In this document: positions 58,383-64,000 of the stretch, piece after piece
How the letters are laid out: each line of letters begins with the position of its first letter
Position numbering within the stretch: position 1 is the stretch's first letter
NCBI GenBank assembly: GCA_002269645.1
Contig: NIVC01000716.1
Span: 393,426-457,425, forward strand
Length of the DNA stretch: 64,000 nucleotides
Reading direction: 5' to 3'
DNA from: Macrostomum lignano
Taxonomy: Eukaryota
The notes under the pieces: model-generated
The model's database searches: none
Told to the model about the DNA's origin: nothing
What the model saw: the letters and a program-made list of their open reading frames with translations, nothing else
Program-made: the position numbers and the translations under genes

Positions 58383-61300
58383 TCAGACAGCGCCGATGAA
58401 CAGCCGGCTGAGCTCCGGGTCGGAGGCGCGCACCGTCATGTTCATGGTGACGCCCTGGCCCGACGCTGCCAGGCGGCACCGCGCCAGCACGTCGTGGCCG
58501 CCGCGGAACACGCCGGCCAGGTGGAGGGTGTGGGTGGACTTGCCCGGGTCTGGCTTGTCCGAGCGGTCGCAGGCGGCCAGGCCGAGGACCTTCACCAGGT
58601 TCTGCACCGCGTCAACAATGGAGGCCATGCTGGTGAGGGCGAAGGTGTCCTCCAGCTCCGAGTCGGGCGCCAGCTCCTCCCAGGCCGCCGAGAAGTTCGG
58701 CTTGATGACCGGCTGAACAAAATCGCACACGCCAATGTCCAGCTCCTCGAGCACGTACTCATCCGCGTAGCCCTCGTCTGAGTCGGGCTGCCCGGTAGCC
58801 GGGTCGCAGTCCTTCACCACGAAGCGCAGGGTGCACGACAGGCTGCAGGCGGACGGCTCGGTGGGCCGGAACACCGAGTAGCAGGTGGCCGGGGTGTTGT
58901 AGGGCAGCGCGGGTGCCGGGATCACCTGGTGCGATGGGATGCCAGTTTTGTAGGGTTCAACAGGGTTTCGAAAGGTTGCAGCCTGCATTGAGGGATCTGG
59001 GAGGGTTGCAGCCTAAATTATTAGGAGAAAAAGCACAAAGCCGCCTCACCTTGACCAGCTCCCAGTCCTCCGAGGGCACGCAGTCTACGTGGACATCCTC
59101 AAGCCGCTGATCTGGCAGAGTGTTGAGCAGGTCGAACTGCAGCAGCAGGTAGTCGCTGAATGCGTGCTTGACACAGGTGACGGAGTACTCGGTCTCCTCC
59201 TCGGTGAGACGCACCGGCTCGGAGCTCTTGAACAGGCTTCCCAGCGCTGACAGCTCGGGCACGGCGGCCAGCTGCTTGGCGTAGCGATCCGCCTGCGTCT
59301 CCAGCGACTTGGCCGGCTGCTTGGCAGCGAAGGCCTCCGGCAGCTGCTCGTCCGGCTTTGGCCTGGCGGCCGGGTGTGCACCGGCACGGAGCGTAGGTCG
59401 AATTTCTGCTGCAGAGAGTCGGCAGACTGTTGCGTGTACCTGGCGATGGGGAGTGCGAGCGGGGACTGCTGCGGCACCGCGCTACTCATAGTAGGCAAAA
59501 TGAGATCCGACTCGCGAAAAAGAAAATTAGAAATATAAAATAATATTCAAATATTCATCTTGGCTACGACTTTCGATCTCCTTGGATAGGCACTCAAGCT
59601 TGACCAGATCAGCACCCGAGTCTGACCAGATCAGCACCCAAGCCTGACCAGATCAGCACCCAAGTCTGACCAGATCAGCACCCAAGCCTGACCAGATCAG
59701 CACCCAAGTCTGACCAGATCAGCACCCAAGTCTGACCAGATCAGCACCAGAGTCTGACCAGAGAAGCAGCCGAGTCTGACCAGAGCAGCACCCAAGTCTG
59801 ACCAGAGCAGCACCCGAGTCTGACCAGAGTAGCACCCAAGTCTGACCAGAGCAGCACCCAAGTCTGACCAGAGCAGCACCCAAGTCTGACCAGAGCAGCA
59901 CCCGAGTCTGACCAGAGTAGCACCCAAGTCTGACCAGAGCAGCACCCAAGTCTGACCAGAGCAGCACCCAAGTCTGACCAGAGCAGCACCCAAGTCTGAC
60001 CAGAGCAGCACCCAAGTCTGACCAGAGCAGCACCCAAGTCTGACCAGAGCAGCACCCAAGTCTGACCAGAGCAGCACCCAAGTCTGACCAGAGCAGCACC
60101 CAAGTCTGACCAGAGCAGCACCCAAGTCTGACCAGAGCAGCACCCAAGTCTGACCAGAGCAGCACCCAAGTCTGACCAGATCAGCACCTGGTCCCAAACA
60201 CTCACCTGAGCAGCACCTGGTCCCAAACACTCACCTGAGCAGGGCCTGCTCCAGGCCCACAACGGAGAGCTGCATGGGCTGCAGGACGAACTTGGAGGCC
60301 AGCTGCTCGTTGCGCAGCGACAGCACTCGGTGGTAGAAGGTGGCCCGGTCGCGGACCTCATCGTCGGTGTCCAGCTTGCAGCGGTCGAGCAGCACCAGCA
60401 CGGAATCCAGCAGCGGGGCGTGCAGGGCGCCGAACTTGGCGAGGGCGGCCACAGCCGCGGCGCGCACCAGCGGAACCTCCAGGATGACCCGGTTGTAGAT
60501 GTACCTGCGGCGGAGGGCAGATGGGGGAAGAATGCAGCTGGGGCTTCAGTCTGGCTGAACTATTGCACAGATTGGCCTATACAGCTGGGTTAGCCCAGTT
60601 TGGCGCACCTGATGTACTTGGACGGCCGCATCGTCTTTGGGCCTTCGTCGCCGAGCAGGTGCAGCGTCTTGACGGCCAGCACGGGGTGCTCGCAGTCCTC
60701 GATGAACTCGCACAGGTGGGACAGGCCGGCCTCCTTGGACTCCGGGTTGTCCTCAATGACGGCCAGCAGGGCCTCCACGATGGACCGCTTGTAGTCGTAG
60801 CTGCCCTCCTCGCGCAGCATCTGGCTGAGGAAGGTCATCATGACGGCCTGCTTGCGCGGGTACTTGCTGCACAGGGCGCGCACGCTCTGCACCACAACTA
60901 TTTTGAACTCGTCCGAGATGTCCGTCATGAAGGTGGAGATCTGCTTCATCAGCCGGTCAACGGAAGCCTCGGAGCCTGTTTTCAGCAGGGTGGTGATGGC
61001 CAAGGTGGCGATTGACCTGGTGAGGGTAAACGGCAGGAGTAACTATAGTGTCTAAGTTCCTCGTCATCTAATTAGCAAAACCTTGACACCATAGCTTTTT
61101 GCGCCACACTCTACACTTTCTACTACCACTACCAGTAGACGAACTCAGACAATAACCAACCAACCTGTTTGAGTCGGCGATGAGCTGCTCCAGGTCCAGA
61201 TTGCAGGCGGTCACAGCGGCCGGGTGCTTCATGGCCACCTGGTTGAGTGTTCGAACGGCAGCAAAGCGAAGCACCGCCTTGGGCGAGCTGAGGAACATCT

Positions 61301-63981
61301 GCAGCACGGAGACGGCCGGGGCCAGTTCCTTGGCCGAAGTCTGCTCCAGGGCCACAATAGCTCTGGCGGCCTCGTACACAACCAGCTCCGACTTGTTGCG
61401 CAGGCAGCTCTCCAGGAACTCGAAGGAGGCCGCGTCCTGGCCCGAGGAGCTCTCCTGCGGGATACCATTGAGGGGCGATTCTCAAGGGAATTGAGGAGGG
61501 AATTGAGGGGCGATTCTCAAGGGAATTAAGGGGCGATTCTCAAGGGAATTGAGGAGGGAATTGAGGGGCGATTCTCAAGGGAATTGAGGGTGGATTCTCA
61601 AGGAAATTAAAGGGCGATTCCCAAGGGAATTGAGGGGCGATTCTCAAGGGAATTGAGGAGAGAATTGAGGGGCTATTCTCAAGGGAATTGAGGAGGGAAT
61701 TGAGGGGCGATTCTCAAGGGAATTGAGGAGGGAATTGAGGGGCGATTCTCAAGGGAATTGAGGAGAGAATTGAGGGGCTATTCTCAAGGGAATTGAGGAG
61801 GGAATTGAGGGCGATTCTCAAGGGAATTGAGGAGGGAATTGAGGGGCGATTCTCAAGGAAATTGAGGAGAGAATTGAGGGGCGATTCTCAAGGGAATTGA
61901 GGAGGGAATTGAGGGGCGATTCTCAAGGAAATTGAGGAGGGAATTGAGGGGCGATTCTCAAGGGAATTGAGGAGGGAATTGAGGGGCGATTCTCAAGGGA
62001 ATTGAGGAGAGAATTGAGGGGCTATTCTCAAGGGAATTGAGGAGGGAATTGAGGGGCGATTCTCAAGGAAATTGAGGAGGGAATTGAGGGGCGATTCTCA
62101 AGGGAATTGAGGAGGGAATTGAGGGGCGATTCTCAAGGGAATTGAGGAGGGAATTGAGGGGCGATTCTCAAGGAAATTGAGGAGAGAATTGAGGGGCGAT
62201 TCTTAAGGGAATTGAGGGCGATTCTCAAGGAAATTGAGGAGAGAATTGAGGGGCTATTCTCAAGGAAATTGAGGAGAGAATTGAGGGGCGATTCTTAAGG
62301 GAATTGAGGGGCGATTCTCAAGGAAATTGAGGAGAGAATTGAGGGGCTATTCTCAAGGAAATTGAGGAGCGATTCTCAAGGGAATTGAGGAGGGAATTGA
62401 GGAGCGATTCTCAAGGGAATTGAGGAGGGAATTGAGGAGCGATTCTCAAGGGAATTGAGGAGAGAATTGAGGGGCTATTCTCAAGGAAATTGAGGAGCGA
62501 TTCTCAAGGGAATTGAGGAGGGAATTGAGGAGCGATTCTCAAGGGAATTGAGGAGGGAATTGAGGAGCGATTCTCAAGGGAATTGAGGAGAGAATTGAGG
62601 GGCTATTCTCAAGGAAATTGAGGAGCGATTCCCAAGGGAATTGAGGAGGGAATTGAGGGGCGATTCTCAAGGGAATTGAGGGGGGAATTGAGGAGCGATT
62701 CTCAAGGAAATTGAGGAGCGATTCCCAAGGGAATTGAGGGGCGATTCTCAAGGGAATTGAGGGGGGATTCTCAAGGAAATTAAAGGGCGATTCCAAGGGA
62801 ATTGAGGGGCGATTCTTAAGGGAATTGAGGGGCGATTCTCAGGAAAATTGAGGGGCGAATTGGAATTGAAGGGTGATTCCCAAAGAAATTGAGGGGCGAC
62901 TCTCAAGGGAATTGAGGGGTGATTCTCAAGGGAATTGAGGAGGGAATTGAGGAGCGATTCTCAAGGGAATTGAGGAGAGAATTGAGGGGCTATTCTCAAG
63001 GAAATTGAGGAGCGATTCCCAAGGGAATTGAGGGGCGATTCTCAAGGGAATTGAGGGGGGATTCTCAAGGAAATTAAAGGGCGATTCCCAAGGGAATTGA
63101 GGGGCGATTCTTAAGGGAATTGAGGGGCGATTCTCAGGAAAATTGAGGGGCGAATTGGAATTGAAGGGTGATTCCCAAAGAAATTGAGGGGCGACTCTCA
63201 AGGGAATTGAGGGGTGATTCTCAAGGGAATTGAGGAGCGATTCTCAAGGGAATTGAGGAGAGAATTGAGGGGCTATTCTCAAGGAAATTGAGGAGCGATT
63301 CCCAAGGGAATTGAGGGGCGATTCTCAAGGGAATTGAGGGGGATTCTCAAGGAAATTAAAGGGCGATTCCCAAGGGAATTGAGGGGCGATTCTTAAGGGA
63401 ATTGAGGGGCGATTCTCAGGAAAATTGAGGGGCGAATTGGAATTGAAGGGCGATTCCCAAAGAAATTGAGGGGCGACTCTCAAGGGAATTGAGGGGTGAT
63501 TCTCAAGGGAATTGAGAAGCAATTCCCAAGGGAATTGAGGGGCGATTCTCAAGGGAATTGAGGGGCCATTCCCAAGGATTCCTAAATAATTCAACTCCAA
63601 CCTGAATAAGCCGGCTGGCCACGCGGATGAGGTAGCAATAGGCCAGCGGAGACCGCAGCGAGCTCTTGCTGTACTTCTGCACCAGCTTGGTGACGGCCAG
63701 GCGGTCGGAGCGCCGGATCTGGTGCAGCAGCCCCAGGGCGTGGTACTGCACCATCACCGAGTCGGAGTTGACGGCCTCCTGGACCTCGTTGCTCCATCGG
63801 CGGACAACATCTTGGCTGGAGCGGAACATCTGGTAGGCGCTGACCAGGGCGGCGCTGCTCACTGGGGGTGAGCGGTCAACGATGGCCTGCTTCATGAAGC
63901 GCTCGATGCTCTGCAGCATCCCGGCGTCAGTGATGCGGCACAGCGCCCGGATCGACGGCGCGCGGAAGGCGTCCTCCTTGC
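58383..63981 (-). CDS. COPG: Coatomer subunit gamma (COPI), 3' six exons; N-terminus beyond the window end
   Basis: Exons 63981-63602, 61454-61165, 61016-60609, 60504-60235, 59439-59050, 58925-58383. Motifs: [73 protein letters not shown]. One apparent 1-nt deletion in exon 59439-59050. Confidence 0.97.
59600..60185. repeat. Intronic 22-bp minisatellite
   Basis: Unit TCTGACCAGAGCAGCACCCAAG. Confidence 0.97.
61465..63575. repeat. Intronic compound purine-rich minisatellite (23-bp and 12-bp subunits with higher-order blocks)
   Basis: GGGAATTGAGGGGCGATTCTCAA plus GGGAATTGAGGA; larger blocks recur at about 62.7-63.5 kb. Confidence 0.97.
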
Positions 63982-64000
63982 CTGCGTTGAAGGGGCATCT

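Overview
Eukaryotic (metazoan) genomic DNA with spliceosomal GT-AG introns and many micro- and minisatellites; there is no CRISPR array, rRNA or true tRNA gene. The GC-rich exons and minisatellite-filled introns suggest a Macrostomum-like free-living flatworm, but this is inference only. Genes I assembled by hand with consistent exon phases: a PLP-dependent aromatic amino-acid decarboxylase-family gene (minus, 1-3589, 3' end outside the window), an uncharacterised + strand gene (4802-11086), a FkbM-family methyltransferase (minus), an intronless Ly6/uPAR three-finger protein, a KIAA1549/UPF0606-like mucin-type membrane protein (minus, 13 or more exons), a class A peptide GPCR with an 8.6-kb intron, a small two-exon uncharacterised gene, and most of coatomer gamma (COPG, minus). 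An orphan FTCD terminal exon is also present. Mobile DNA: three copies of a tRNA-headed SINE (two with TSDs), a hAT-type MITE, a TA-flanked MITE, and Crypton-like and LINE relics. The most notable element is a 1,734-bp unit with split direct repeats (A1-YR-B1A2-spacer-B2, Ngaro/TOC1-like) that encodes only an intact tyrosine recombinase, with no gag or RT. It is inserted about 16 nt upstream of a host splice acceptor. Most long repetitive ORFs in the ORF track are satellite artefacts.
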